From Bdellovibrionales bacterium (GTDB lineage: Bacteria > Bdellovibrionota > Bdellovibrionia > Bdellovibrionales > UBA1609), in the NCBI GenBank assembly GCA_050246815.1, contig JBFWVI010000019.1, positions 1 to 55,482 of the forward strand: DNA of 55,482 nucleotides. Direction: 5' to 3'. The number at the start of each line of letters is the position of its first letter. Position 1 is the stretch's first letter. Shown here piece by piece: positions 37,568 through 47,222 of this stretch. Under the pieces are notes generated by a model, which made no database searches, was not told the origin of the DNA, and worked only from the letters and a program-made list of their open reading frames with translations. A program made the position numbers and the translations under genes.

Positions 37568-39399
37568 TTGCTGCCAACTCCCAAAACTGCAACCACCTGT
37601 CCGTCAGGCAAGCGATCTTCCATGATATTTTGGCAGCTTCTTTTTATTTGCTCAATGCAAGGTTGCGCGGTGCTGACGACGCGACTGTCCCTCAGGTGCC
37701 CAGTCTTTAGTCCGGTTGTCACGATCAGGGGTGCGAGTATGGCTTTATTCTGCATAGAGCAACTGCAGGCATCCGTTGAATTGGCTTGGGTCACGCCAAA
37801 ACGAAGTTTTTCAATTAAGTCACGATAACCGACCGCGAAACTTTGCGGATACATATTGGCGATCGGCGATGCGATCAGCACCCGATCCGAGGTGTGAAGC
37901 CAATTGGCCGCCAACGCCTTTTGCACCATTGAACGAATCGGAAAATAGGCCGGCGAGTCGTAGTGTTCGGTAAAGCTGCGGGCAGGCGAGGGGCCAAAGG
38001 CCGCTGATAGAAAATGAGATAGAGTCATCCCTTGCAGTCCAAAGACAAACAAGACGAGTGCAGCGAAGTGGGGCGGCTTCAGTTGCCCCTTGAAGTCCAA
38101 GGCCAACCAGGGAGCGGCCAAACATACATATGCGGGCAAATGAAAGCGAGGATAGCCTGTGTAGGCTTGCGAAATACCGTCGACAAAATAAAAAGCAAAC
38201 GGGAAAAGTCCGGCCAGCATCAAACAAACAGCCAAAAAGCGCCGCGACTTGTCGGTTTTCCACCACCAAATCCAAAGGGGCAGCAAAAAAGCCAATAGTA
38301 CGACGCCGGCGATCTGCCATTGCTCAATCAGGCGATAGCCAAACTCATGCAGGCGCATCGCGCTGAAGGCTTGTGACCAATCGACCAATTCCGTTGCACG
38401 CCACACTTTGGCTTCGCGGCGAAAGGCGTAGTAGACGAAAAATGGGGTCAAAGAGCCTACGCCCACTAGCACGGCCTCCTTCCAGGCGCCTTTTTGCTTT
38501 TGCCAAAGTGCGGGTCCATAGATGCCAACCCATAGAAATGGCGCAAGCAGCACCGAAGTCTCTTTGAACCAAGTGGCCACACCCAGCATCAGCAGCGGGC
38601 GCCAACGTGGTTGGCTTTCGTCTAAAGCCATTTCAATTGCAAGAGCAATAAACACCAGGCTCCAGGGTTCCAAATAGGCAGCGGCTTGGTAATAAACAAA
38701 GTCTTTTTGCCAGTAGATGAAGACTGCAAATAAAAGCAGTCGCCAGTCCGGCCATCTTCCGACCAACCAAGGGCGAAGGGCAAATAGCCAAACCGGCAAG
38801 GCCAAAAACTGTGTGGTTTGGTTGGCCAAGATCATATTTGAATAACCAAAGACCTGATCGAGTGCCAGCAAGGGAGCTGTGAGCAGGTAACCAAAGGCCG
38901 GGTAGCGGGCAAAATACTCAGGCGCGTGAAAGCCAGTGCTGATCATCCACAGCAATGCCATAGCGGCCAGGCTCCAAAAACGAAAGACCGGTCGGTGGAT
39001 CAAATAAAACGCGGCCGCGGTCCAGGCGAGGGGCAACCAGAACAAGGGTTTCCAAAACTGCACGGCGGCCAGGGCCGAGAACACGTGGTGATCGTGGTCA
39101 CCGCTAAAGGGGAATTCGGCCGACCATTGTGCAATCCAAAATAAGAGAGCGGGCAGTAAGATCACAACCCCGATTAAAGTTTGCGTTTTGGATGGGCGAG
39201 ACCAGGTTGTTTTGATTTCTTTGGCTGTGGGGGTGGCTGTTTTGAATGCCAACTCACTCCATAGTAAAACAGCCAAAGTGAGCAGCCCAACAAAAATGGG
39301 CAGTCGATCAAGCTCGCTGAACAGACCCATTGCGATGAGTCCGCTCAAAATGAAGATTTGAAGTTCGGTACCAATGTTAGGCTTGTGCTTTGATTTCAT
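37564..39399 (-). CDS. Large polytopic membrane protein, GT-C-like
   Basis: Many TMs, loop FSGDHDHH, ARYP, YLEP, WFKE, YPRF; soluble C-terminal domain; first gene of the glycan operon. Confidence 0.55.
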   Translation of the reverse strand: MKSKHKPNIGTELQIFILSGLIAMGLFSELDRLPIFVGLLTLAVLLWSELAFKTATPTAKEIKTTWSRPSKTQTLIGVVILLPALLFWIAQWSAEFPFSGDHDHHVFSALAAVQFWKPLFWLPLAWTAAAFYLIHRPVFRFWSLAAMALLWMISTGFHAPEYFARYPAFGYLLTAPLLALDQVFGYSNMILANQTTQFLALPVWLFALRPWLVGRWPDWRLLLFAVFIYWQKDFVYYQAAAYLEPWSLVFIALAIEMALDESQPRWRPLLMLGVATWFKETSVLLAPFLWVGIYGPALWQKQKGAWKEAVLVGVGSLTPFFVYYAFRREAKVWRATELVDWSQAFSAMRLHEFGYRLIEQWQIAGVVLLAFLLPLWIWWWKTDKSRRFLAVCLMLAGLFPFAFYFVDGISQAYTGYPRFHLPAYVCLAAPWLALDFKGQLKPPHFAALVLFVFGLQGMTLSHFLSAAFGPSPARSFTEHYDSPAYFPIRSMVQKALAANWLHTSDRVLIASPIANMYPQSFAVGYRDLIEKLRFGVTQANSTDACSCSMQNKAILAPLIVTTGLKTGHLRDSRVVSTAQPCIEQIKRSCQNIMEDRLPDGQVVAVLGVGSK

Positions 39400-39420
39400 A
39401 TGCCCACGACATATGAAATC
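39392..39420. promoter_or_regulatory. Perfect 11-bp inverted repeat over the -10 element and start codon of the glycan operon (operator candidate)
   Basis: GATTTCATATG-CCCACGA-CATATGAAATC. Confidence 0.6.
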
Positions 39421-39445
39421 GTAAACCAGGCCAGTGTGTTGTCAA
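39418..39445 (-). promoter_or_regulatory. sigma70-type promoter of the glycan operon
   Basis: TTGACA-N16-TACGAT on the minus strand. Confidence 0.6.
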
Positions 39446-39449
39446 TCCG

Positions 39450-40073
39450 TTAAGGGCAAGCGGGATTGGTTTTAAGCTCCGCGATCAAAGCATCGGGGCC
39501 ACTTCCCAAATTCTCATGCTCACCTTGCGAAATCAGTTCGTTGAACTCATTTTGCTTAAGCATCATCAGGCGCATACCGTTAAGAGAGGCGTCGAACAAA
39601 CGCATTTGGGTTGATGGTTCTGCGTCTTGCATGACAAAGAACTGCACGCGGATCGGTTCGCGCTTTTCCACTTGCACGGTCAAATTGACAATATGGCCGC
39701 CGTCCACAGGGCGCGAATTTTGGTCGATGCTGACGGTCCCACTGTCCAAACGCTTGAAGGCTGAATCCAAGGCTTTGGCCATCATAGCGTGAAAACCGGC
39801 ATAGTAGTGGCTCAGCTGGTCATCGTTGAATTTTTTCTTGTTACGGTTCAGGGCGAAGTCCGCCATTTTGACTAGGGCCGTGTTGTCCTGGGCTAATTGG
39901 CAAAGTTCCGCGCGGCGCTCATTTTGAGGCGGGTTGCGTTTAAACATTTCTAACATTTTATCCTTTAGATCCGAGACATATTGAGCTGGCGCATCAATAT
40001 CGGCAACAGCGGCAGGTGCAAAATTCATCAATGCCAGCCCAAATGCGAAAAAGAAAGTCGAAAGAAATTTCAT
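39450..40073 (-). CDS. mlaC: MlaC/Ttg2D-like phospholipid-binding periplasmic protein
   Basis: Signal peptide, MADFAL, MRLFDASLNGMRLMMLKQNEF..LI, DALIAEL resemble MlaC. Confidence 0.7.
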   Translation of the reverse strand: MKFLSTFFFAFGLALMNFAPAAVADIDAPAQYVSDLKDKMLEMFKRNPPQNERRAELCQLAQDNTALVKMADFALNRNKKKFNDDQLSHYYAGFHAMMAKALDSAFKRLDSGTVSIDQNSRPVDGGHIVNLTVQVEKREPIRVQFFVMQDAEPSTQMRLFDASLNGMRLMMLKQNEFNELISQGEHENLGSGPDALIAELKTNPACP

Positions 40074-40191
40074 AGATCACCCCTTGTTTGAAGCACTATA
40101 CCCAAGGTTTTGCCCGAGGCCAAAAGCCTCCGTGAGGCTTGAAAAAACCTCACGGCGTATTGAATCGATTTTAGTGAATCTAAGGGGTCTC

Positions 40192-41874
40192 TTAAACTGT
40201 TTTGGAGGCGTTTGGTTCGTCGCGCAAAGCTCGGCGCAGAATTTTGCCGACGTTTGTTTTGGGCAGCTCTTTACGCAGTTCCACAAATCTAGGGACTTTG
40301 TAGCCCGTCAGATTCTTTTCGCAATACTGAATAATTTCTTGCGGGGTCAAAGAGGGGTCTTTGGCGACGATGAACACCTTCACCACTTCGGTCGAACGGG
40401 CATCGGGGACTCCCACTGCCGCGACTTCGAGCACCTTGGGATGGGTCGCGATCACATCTTCAATTTCGTTCGGGTAAACGTTGAAGCCTGAAACCAAGAT
40501 CATGTCTTTTTTGCGGTCGACGATCTTGAGGTAACCCTCGGGGTCGATCTGGGCGACGTCACCGGTTTTGATCCAGTTGTCCGGTAACATAATTTTTTCG
40601 GTTTCACTGGGCTGTTGCCAGTAGCCTCGCATCACTTGCGGCCCACGCACGCAGATTTCTCCGCTTTCGCCGGGCGCCACTTCTTTGCCGTTGTCATCGC
40701 AGAGTTTGATTTCAGTGGAAGGTAAAGGCAAGCCAATGGTGCCGACTTTATCGGTGCCATCGATCGGATTGCAGCTCACCACAGGAGATGTTTCAGTGAG
40801 ACCGTAACCCTCGACAACACGGCATTTGGTCAATTCTTTCCAACGCAAGGCCACAGCTTTTTGCAGGGCCATACCGCCGCAGACGGTGATTTTGTAGCTC
40901 GAAAAATCGATTTTATTAAAGTCTGGGTTGTTCATCAGACCGTTTAATAGAGTGTTCAAACCGACAAATACCGTGACGCGATTTTTACGCAGGGTTTTGA
41001 TAAAGCCCGGAATATCGCGTGGGTTGGTGATCATCAAATTGGTGCCGCCAAAGGACATCATGCCCAGTCCATTCACGGTCAAAGAAAAAATATGATAAAG
41101 TGGCAGGGCCAAGACCACGGTTTCTTGCCCCTCTTTGAGGGCCGTCTTCATCCACTCCAGAATTTGCAGCATATTGGCGATCACGTTGCGATGGGTCAGC
41201 ATGGCGCCCTTTGAAATGCCGGTGGTGCCGCCAGTGTATTGCAAAAAGGCGAGGTCGCTTAAACTTGTCTCGACCGGTTGAAAGGCTTTGCTAGCACCAA
41301 GATCCATGGCTTGCCAAAAGCTAAACGAGCCGGGCAGCTTGTAATCTGGAACCATTTTTTTGACATGGCGGATGACCGCGTTGACTAAAAAGCTTTTCGG
41401 AAAGCCCAGCATGTCGCCGACGCTAGTGACCACAACTGTTTTGATGTCGGTTTCGGGCAGGATCTCTTGGAGTAGATGGGCGCAGGTTTCCAAAATCACA
41501 ATGGCTTTAGCACCCGAATCTTTAAATTGGTGTTTCATCTCGCGGGCGGTGTAGAGCGGATTGGTGTTCACCACAACCAGGCCTGCACGCAAGGCGCCAT
41601 ACAGCACCACGGGGTACTGTAGCACGTTGGGCATTTGAATGGCGATGCGATCACCCTTTTTCAGGCCCGCTACATTTTGCAAATAAGAAGCAAAGTCCGT
41701 CGACAGATCGTTCAAGTCACTGTAGCTGAGCTCTGCACCCATATTGGTGAAGGCGGCGCGGTCTTGCCAGCGTTGGCAACTTTGCTCAAACAACTCCGTG
41801 ATGGATTTGTAGCGGTCAGCATTGATCTCATGCGGAACGCCTTTGGGATAATTTTTCAACCAGATTTTTTCCAT
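40192..41874 (-). CDS. fadD: Long-chain fatty-acid CoA ligase
   Basis: MEKIWLKNYP, LQYTGGTTGISKGAML, EGYGLTETSP, TGD, DRKKDMILVSGFNVYPNEIE, LPKTNVGKILRR. Confidence 0.95.
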   Translation of the reverse strand: MEKIWLKNYPKGVPHEINADRYKSITELFEQSCQRWQDRAAFTNMGAELSYSDLNDLSTDFASYLQNVAGLKKGDRIAIQMPNVLQYPVVLYGALRAGLVVVNTNPLYTAREMKHQFKDSGAKAIVILETCAHLLQEILPETDIKTVVVTSVGDMLGFPKSFLVNAVIRHVKKMVPDYKLPGSFSFWQAMDLGASKAFQPVETSLSDLAFLQYTGGTTGISKGAMLTHRNVIANMLQILEWMKTALKEGQETVVLALPLYHIFSLTVNGLGMMSFGGTNLMITNPRDIPGFIKTLRKNRVTVFVGLNTLLNGLMNNPDFNKIDFSSYKITVCGGMALQKAVALRWKELTKCRVVEGYGLTETSPVVSCNPIDGTDKVGTIGLPLPSTEIKLCDDNGKEVAPGESGEICVRGPQVMRGYWQQPSETEKIMLPDNWIKTGDVAQIDPEGYLKIVDRKKDMILVSGFNVYPNEIEDVIATHPKVLEVAAVGVPDARSTEVVKVFIVAKDPSLTPQEIIQYCEKNLTGYKVPRFVELRKELPKTNVGKILRRALRDEPNASKTV

Positions 41875-42074
41875 GACCCACCCCGCTATTGAACACATTG
41901 TTGGGGCCTGTTTATAGGCCGCACTAAGATCTTGAATGGTATGAAGTTATGCGGGCTTACGGCCGAAAGGCAAGTGAAGTGTTTAAGCTGCGCTGCATGC
42001 GGAGAGCCAAGGCTTGTCTAGGCTCTATGGAGGCCTTCATAATCGTCAGAGCAAAACCACTTGAGGAGGTTTTT

Positions 42075-42659
42075 ATGCAACGGTATTTCAATACCGCGCT
42101 AATGATGGGTCTTTGTTTGGGACTTTTGGCATGTAGCCACAATCCCCATAAAGCCCAGAAAATTGAGACAAAAATGGAGCGGGAACAGACCCTGCAAGAT
42201 GAAAAAGTCGGTGTGAAAGACGGTAACTTGGTGGTGCAAAAGAAGGTCGAAATGGCCGAGGAACTTCGTCGAATACAAAATGAAGTCTATGAGTTGGAAG
42301 ATCGGGTTTATGGCAACCGCAAATACGGTTCTAAAGGACTTTATGGCGCCTTGAAGGATTGCCGCACCAGGCTGACCTCCAAAGAGATGGGTGGCGATGG
42401 CAAGTTAATGTGGACTGAACCTGCCGAACGGATCACGGACAAAGAAGAGGAATTCACCGTTGGCATCGATGAAAAAGATAAAATTGTCGGTGTTTCGGAG
42501 GAGTTCTTAAAGGATCGCCTGGCGCGCTTTCGCAAATACAAACAAACATTGCAGAAACGCCAAGATGAATATGAAGACAAATTAGAAGTTTGCGACGCGG
42601 CTGTGAAAGCCAAAAAAAGCGGAGCCGCGGCGGCAGTCACCCCTGAAGAATCCAACTAA
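42075..42659 (+). CDS. Coiled-coil lipoprotein, hypothetical
   Basis: GAGGAGG RBS, lipobox LLAC. Confidence 0.8.
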   Translation: MQRYFNTALMMGLCLGLLACSHNPHKAQKIETKMEREQTLQDEKVGVKDGNLVVQKKVEMAEELRRIQNEVYELEDRVYGNRKYGSKGLYGALKDCRTRLTSKEMGGDGKLMWTEPAERITDKEEEFTVGIDEKDKIVGVSEEFLKDRLARFRKYKQTLQKRQDEYEDKLEVCDAAVKAKKSGAAAAVTPEESN

Positions 42660-42664
42660 AAAGT

Positions 42665-43354
42665 ATGCTCAAAGGCGTAGTCACCAGATTTTTGCTTTTA
42701 ATTCTAGCTACGGGCGGATGGGGCCATTCCTCCGCCTTTGCTGCTGCCCCCATGTCGATGCTCGACACTGGCAGTCACTGCGTGGCTTACAGAGCTCGAA
42801 AACGTCTTTTGTTGTTGGCCTCGGTGCAGGTGGTGGGCAAATCTTGCCAGGTCTCAGCCCAGGTGACACCCGAGGTCGGTGGCAAATATCGCATTGAAAT
42901 CGGCTTTCCGATCACCTCACTGCAAAGTGGTGAGCCTGAGCGCGATTTAGACGTGGCTAAATTGCTGGGTGCTGATATGGACCCCGATCTTCGTTTTGTG
43001 ACCGAGGCTTTGTCCTTGGAGCAGTGGCAAGCCCTGATGAAAAAAGAAAAGGGAGAAGTGGCGGGTGAGCTTCGATTTGCGGATAAAATCAAACCTCTTC
43101 AAGCGAGCCTAGTCTTGCTTAAAGGCGAGCAGGGAGTTGAGGTCGATGGTCTCATCAAAACCACATTCTCGGCTTTGCATTTGAAGCCACCGGTCATTGC
43201 GATGGGTTTGTTTGCCAAAGTTCGTGATGAGTTAGAACTCCACTTTCATTTCTTGGGCAGTCGCACGCTGGGGGCGGAAACAATTTTGTCAGAGGATCAA
43301 TTGCCCACTGCTGAAGCACCAAAAGAGCCTTCGTCAGACAACAAAATTGAATAG
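42665..43354 (+). CDS. YceI-like secreted lipid-binding protein
   Basis: Signal peptide; ITSLQSGEPERD, LRFVT, V.GEL, LKPP..F.KV.DELELHF resemble YceI. Confidence 0.65.
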   Translation: MLKGVVTRFLLLILATGGWGHSSAFAAAPMSMLDTGSHCVAYRARKRLLLLASVQVVGKSCQVSAQVTPEVGGKYRIEIGFPITSLQSGEPERDLDVAKLLGADMDPDLRFVTEALSLEQWQALMKKEKGEVAGELRFADKIKPLQASLVLLKGEQGVEVDGLIKTTFSALHLKPPVIAMGLFAKVRDELELHFHFLGSRTLGAETILSEDQLPTAEAPKEPSSDNKIE

Positions 43355-43407
43355 AGTCTGTCATAATCAATAACCTATCTGACATTTTATATTGGGCCTA
43401 GGTTGCG

Positions 43408-44157
43408 CTATTTTTTGGCCTTGCCCTGTTTGGCTACGGCTGCCGCTGCGGCTTCAGCGGCCTTGGCGTCACCTAAATATCCACGCTTCAATGGACGTAA
43501 ATTTTGATCCAATTCGTAGGCCAATGGAAATCCAGTTGGAATGTTGAGCTCCGCGATGTCGTGATCAGAAATTTGATCCAAGTGCTTAACTAACGACCGC
43601 AGCGAATTGCCATGGGCCACCACCAAAACAGTGCGCCCCTTTTTTAAGGCGGGCGCTAAGACCTCATCCCAATATGGCATAACCCGTTTTTGGCAGTGCA
43701 AAAGTGCTTCGGCCGTGGGCATCAGCTCTTTGGGCACACTGGCCATGCGCGGCTCTTTGAGTTGCAGGGTCATCTGTTCGTCGCTTAAGGGGGGCGGGGG
43801 AATGTCAAAACTTCTACGCCAAATAAAGACCTGTTCCTCACCGAAGCGTGCGGCAGTTTCAGTTTTGTTGAGGCCTTGCAAAGCGCCGTAATGGCGTTCA
43901 TTCAAACGCCATGAGCGCTGGACGGGCAAATACATTTGATCAAGTTCGTCTAAAGTGATCCAAAGCGTGCGAATAGCGCGTTTGAGGATGGACGTATGGG
44001 CCTCGTCAAATTGGTATTGGGCCTCTTTGAGCAGGCGCCCCGCATGCAAAGCCTCTTCGCGGCCCTTGGCTGACAAATCAACGTCGACCCAGCCCGTGAA
44101 ACGATTTTCTTGATTCCATTGGCTTTCGCCATGACGCAGCAAGACCAGCTTTGCCAT
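43408..44157 (-). CDS. gpmA: 2,3-BPG-dependent phosphoglycerate mutase
   Basis: [56 protein letters not shown]. Confidence 0.97.
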   Translation of the reverse strand: MAKLVLLRHGESQWNQENRFTGWVDVDLSAKGREEALHAGRLLKEAQYQFDEAHTSILKRAIRTLWITLDELDQMYLPVQRSWRLNERHYGALQGLNKTETAARFGEEQVFIWRRSFDIPPPPLSDEQMTLQLKEPRMASVPKELMPTAEALLHCQKRVMPYWDEVLAPALKKGRTVLVVAHGNSLRSLVKHLDQISDHDIAELNIPTGFPLAYELDQNLRPLKRGYLGDAKAAEAAAAAVAKQGKAKK

Positions 44158-44230
44158 CTTTTCCACCTTCTTCGCAGTAGGTCTAAATATAGGTTAACTC
44201 CTCGTTCGAGCAAGGAATTTTCGGGCCGTC

Positions 44231-44258
44231 TTGACAGTCGGTCGCCGCGACTCAAATT
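44231..44258 (+). promoter_or_regulatory. sigma70-type promoter for lon, likely leaderless
   Basis: TTGACA-N16-CAAATT-N6-ATG, no Shine-Dalgarno sequence. Confidence 0.5.
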
Positions 44259-44264
44259 TACGTC

Positions 44265-46658
44265 ATGAAAGAGCGTGTCGTCATTCCAAGTCGAGATCTC
44301 CCAGTCCTTCCCTTACGGAACACGCTGTTGTTTCCCGGGCAAGTGATACCGGTCGTTGTCGGACGCACGCGTAGTCGTGCAGCCGTGGAAGCCGCCCTAG
44401 AAAAGGATCGGCTGCTGGTTCTGCTCGCCCAACGTCATGAAATCGATGATCGTGAACCCACGCCGGATGATCTTTACCGAGTGGGTTTGGTGGCTCGAGT
44501 TGAAAATCATATGCAGCATGAGGGGGGGCGCAGCCATCAGCTGGTGCTGATGGGCATCTGCCGTTTTGAAGTCAGTGATCTAAGAGCAGAAAAAGGCATG
44601 TTGCTTGCTGCGGGCGCCCCGCTTGAAGATCAAATTGAAATCGAAGACAGCACCATCGTCGCACTCACACAAAATGCCAAGCTTTTGGCGCGTGATATTT
44701 TTCAATATTTGCCGCCAAGCCTGGCACAATTCGCCGGGGTTTTGGACAACACCAGTGACACCGTTTTGTTGTCGCATATGATTTCCCAACATTTGGACAT
44801 CAAATTGGCTCGTAAGCAGGAGCTGCTTGAAACCGTGGCCGTAAAACCGCGTTTTTTAAAACTGCTCGAGATCATGGCGCACTGGCGTGATGACTTGAAG
44901 CTGCAGCATGAAATTCAACAAAAAGTTTCCGGCAAATTAGGGAAACAGCAGCGCGAAGCACTTTTACGCGAGCAAATCCGCGCCCTGCAAGATGAATTGG
45001 GTGAAGGCAAAAGTCCAAGCGACGTGGATTATCGTGGAAAAGTCAAACAGGCGGGGATGTCCGCCGAGATTGAGAAAATCGCGCTTGAGCAACTGACTCG
45101 CCTGGAGCAGTTGCCCCAGGCTTCGCCCGAAGTGCACGTGATCCGCAATTATTTGGACCTTTTGGTGGCGTTGCCGTGGAAAGCGGCGCCCGCCCTTGAA
45201 ATTGATCTGCCCAAGGCCGAGCAGATTATGCACGAAGAACATTATGGCTTAGAAAAAATTAAAAAAAGAATTTTGCAACATCTGGCTGTGATGAAGCTAA
45301 AACCCGAAAAGCGCGGTTCGATTTTGCTTTTGGTAGGCCCTCCTGGAGTTGGTAAGACCTCCCTTGCAAAGAGTATCGCGTCGGCTTTGCAACGCCCTTA
45401 TGTGAGGGTAAGCCTTGGTGGTGTGCGCGATGATGCCGAAATCCGCGGTCATCGACGCACTTATGTGGGTGCCCTTCCAGGGCGCATCATAGACGGGATT
45501 AAACGCGCCGGTCAGAACAACCCCGTGTTTGTCTTGGATGAGATTGACAAGATGGCGCGCGGCTGGGGTGGAGATCCGGCCAGCGCGATGCTTGAGGTTT
45601 TAGATCCAGAGCAAAATAGAAACTTTCTTGATCACTACTTAGATGTTCCTTTTGATTTGAGCCAAGTGTTTTTTGTGGCTACAGCAAACTCTTTAGAATC
45701 AATCCCAGCTCCGTTGTTGGACCGCATGGAAGTGATTCCGGTCAGCGGTTACACCATTTCTGAAAAATTACACATTGCCAAACGGCATTTGTGGCCGAAG
45801 CAACTAGACGAACACGGATTGAAGGTTGAAGACGTCAGCCTAAGCGACGAGGTTTTATTGAAAATTATCGGCTCGTACACTCGTGAAGCTGGAGTTCGCG
45901 AATTGCAACGCCACTTGGGCGCCATCGCTCGACTGATGACGGAAAGAAAAGTGCGACAAGCGGGAACTGACCACTTCGTGCACCCCGTGTCGGTCACCTT
46001 GGCTGATTTGGAAGAGGTGCTCGACGTCGAGCGTTTTGTCAGCGAGGCCTCAGAAACCCGATTGCCCCCTGGAGTGGTGACGGGCTTGGCTTGGACCCCG
46101 ATGGGTGGGGATATTTTATTTATTGAAAGTCATGTGCTTCAGGGTAAAGGCCAGCTGACTTTGACCGGACAACTGGGCGATGTCATGAAAGAATCAGCGC
46201 AAATTGCTTGGACTTTGGTTCGTTCACGTTTGTCGGCGCTGCAACCCGAGCGAGCATGGGACAAGGTGGATGTGCATTTGCATGTGCCGGCCGGGGCCAT
46301 TCCCAAAGATGGGCCTTCGGCGGGTGTGACCATGTTGACCGCACTTTCAAGTTTGTTGTTGGGCAAAGCCGTGGACCCCAAACTGGCAATGACCGGCGAG
46401 ATCACCTTGCGTGGGGCCGTGACCCCGGTGGGTGGCATCAAAGAAAAGCTGATCGCGGCTCACCGCGCGGGCATTCAGCGTGTGATTTTATCGCGCCGTA
46501 ACCAGCGTGATCTGAAAGATGTTCCCAGTGAAGTGCTTGAAAGCCTGAAAATCGACTTTGTCGACACTGTGGATGAACTTTTAACTTTAAGCCTTGGTGT
46601 TACGTCGATTCAGCCGGCTCATCAGGCTCGGTTTGACTCGCCCGTGAATTTCGCTTAA
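44265..46658 (+). CDS. lon: ATP-dependent Lon protease
   Basis: LPVLPLRN N-domain, Walker A GPPGVGKT, LDEIDK, catalytic PKDGPSAG and GGIKEK. Confidence 0.97.
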   Translation: MKERVVIPSRDLPVLPLRNTLLFPGQVIPVVVGRTRSRAAVEAALEKDRLLVLLAQRHEIDDREPTPDDLYRVGLVARVENHMQHEGGRSHQLVLMGICRFEVSDLRAEKGMLLAAGAPLEDQIEIEDSTIVALTQNAKLLARDIFQYLPPSLAQFAGVLDNTSDTVLLSHMISQHLDIKLARKQELLETVAVKPRFLKLLEIMAHWRDDLKLQHEIQQKVSGKLGKQQREALLREQIRALQDELGEGKSPSDVDYRGKVKQAGMSAEIEKIALEQLTRLEQLPQASPEVHVIRNYLDLLVALPWKAAPALEIDLPKAEQIMHEEHYGLEKIKKRILQHLAVMKLKPEKRGSILLLVGPPGVGKTSLAKSIASALQRPYVRVSLGGVRDDAEIRGHRRTYVGALPGRIIDGIKRAGQNNPVFVLDEIDKMARGWGGDPASAMLEVLDPEQNRNFLDHYLDVPFDLSQVFFVATANSLESIPAPLLDRMEVIPVSGYTISEKLHIAKRHLWPKQLDEHGLKVEDVSLSDEVLLKIIGSYTREAGVRELQRHLGAIARLMTERKVRQAGTDHFVHPVSVTLADLEEVLDVERFVSEASETRLPPGVVTGLAWTPMGGDILFIESHVLQGKGQLTLTGQLGDVMKESAQIAWTLVRSRLSALQPERAWDKVDVHLHVPAGAIPKDGPSAGVTMLTALSSLLLGKAVDPKLAMTGEITLRGAVTPVGGIKEKLIAAHRAGIQRVILSRRNQRDLKDVPSEVLESLKIDFVDTVDELLTLSLGVTSIQPAHQARFDSPVNFA

Positions 46659-46694
46659 GTCTTAAGACCCATGGGGTCAAAGCGGAGCGAATTC

Positions 46695-47222
46695 ATGTCT
46701 AAAAAAGTAAATGTCTTGGTCATTGTCGGTTTGATTGTTTTGGCGGTGCTGTCGCGCTGGCTGCCGCATCCACCTAATTTTTCTCCGGTTCTGGGTGTTG
46801 CGCTGCTGGCGGGCGGGCGGTTGTTGTCGCGAAGCATGGCCATAGCTGTGCCTTTGGTGGCCATGGTGATCAGTGACCTGATCTTGGGCTGGCATTCGAC
46901 GATTCCTTTTGTTTATTTGGGTATGGTCGCGGCGGTTTTGTTGGGCCGTGGCTTTTTAAAGGACAGCAAAGCTTTCAGTCTTAAAATTGGTTTGACCACC
47001 ACTTTAGCTGCGGTCATCTTTTTCTTGGTCAGTAATTTTGGTGTTTGGATGATGCAAGATCTATACTCCCATGACTTGAGCGGGCTGTTGGCCTGTAACA
47101 TCGCGGCTGTGCCGTTTTTTCAGGCCACTTTGATCTCGGGCTTGGTTTATACCTATGCGATGTTTGGACTCTGGGAAATGGCGCACTCCAATTTGGTCGA
47201 CCGTCGCGCCAACTTAAACTAA
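46695..47222 (+). CDS. DUF6580-like putative membrane transport protein (ECF S-component-like)
   Basis: SRWLPHPPNFSP..ALL.G, SDLILGWH, FFLVSNFGVW, CNIAAVPFF. Confidence 0.75.
   Translation: MSKKVNVLVIVGLIVLAVLSRWLPHPPNFSPVLGVALLAGGRLLSRSMAIAVPLVAMVISDLILGWHSTIPFVYLGMVAAVLLGRGFLKDSKAFSLKIGLTTTLAAVIFFLVSNFGVWMMQDLYSHDLSGLLACNIAAVPFFQATLISGLVYTYAMFGLWEMAHSNLVDRRANLN

Noticed and set aside
41937..41952. sigma54-like TGGTAT...ATGC
   Set aside because: GG-to-GC spacing is 11 nt rather than the required 10
43359..43384. TGTCA-N16-TGACA inverted repeat
   Set aside because: Only 5-bp arms and lies between convergent genes; likely chance or a weak terminator
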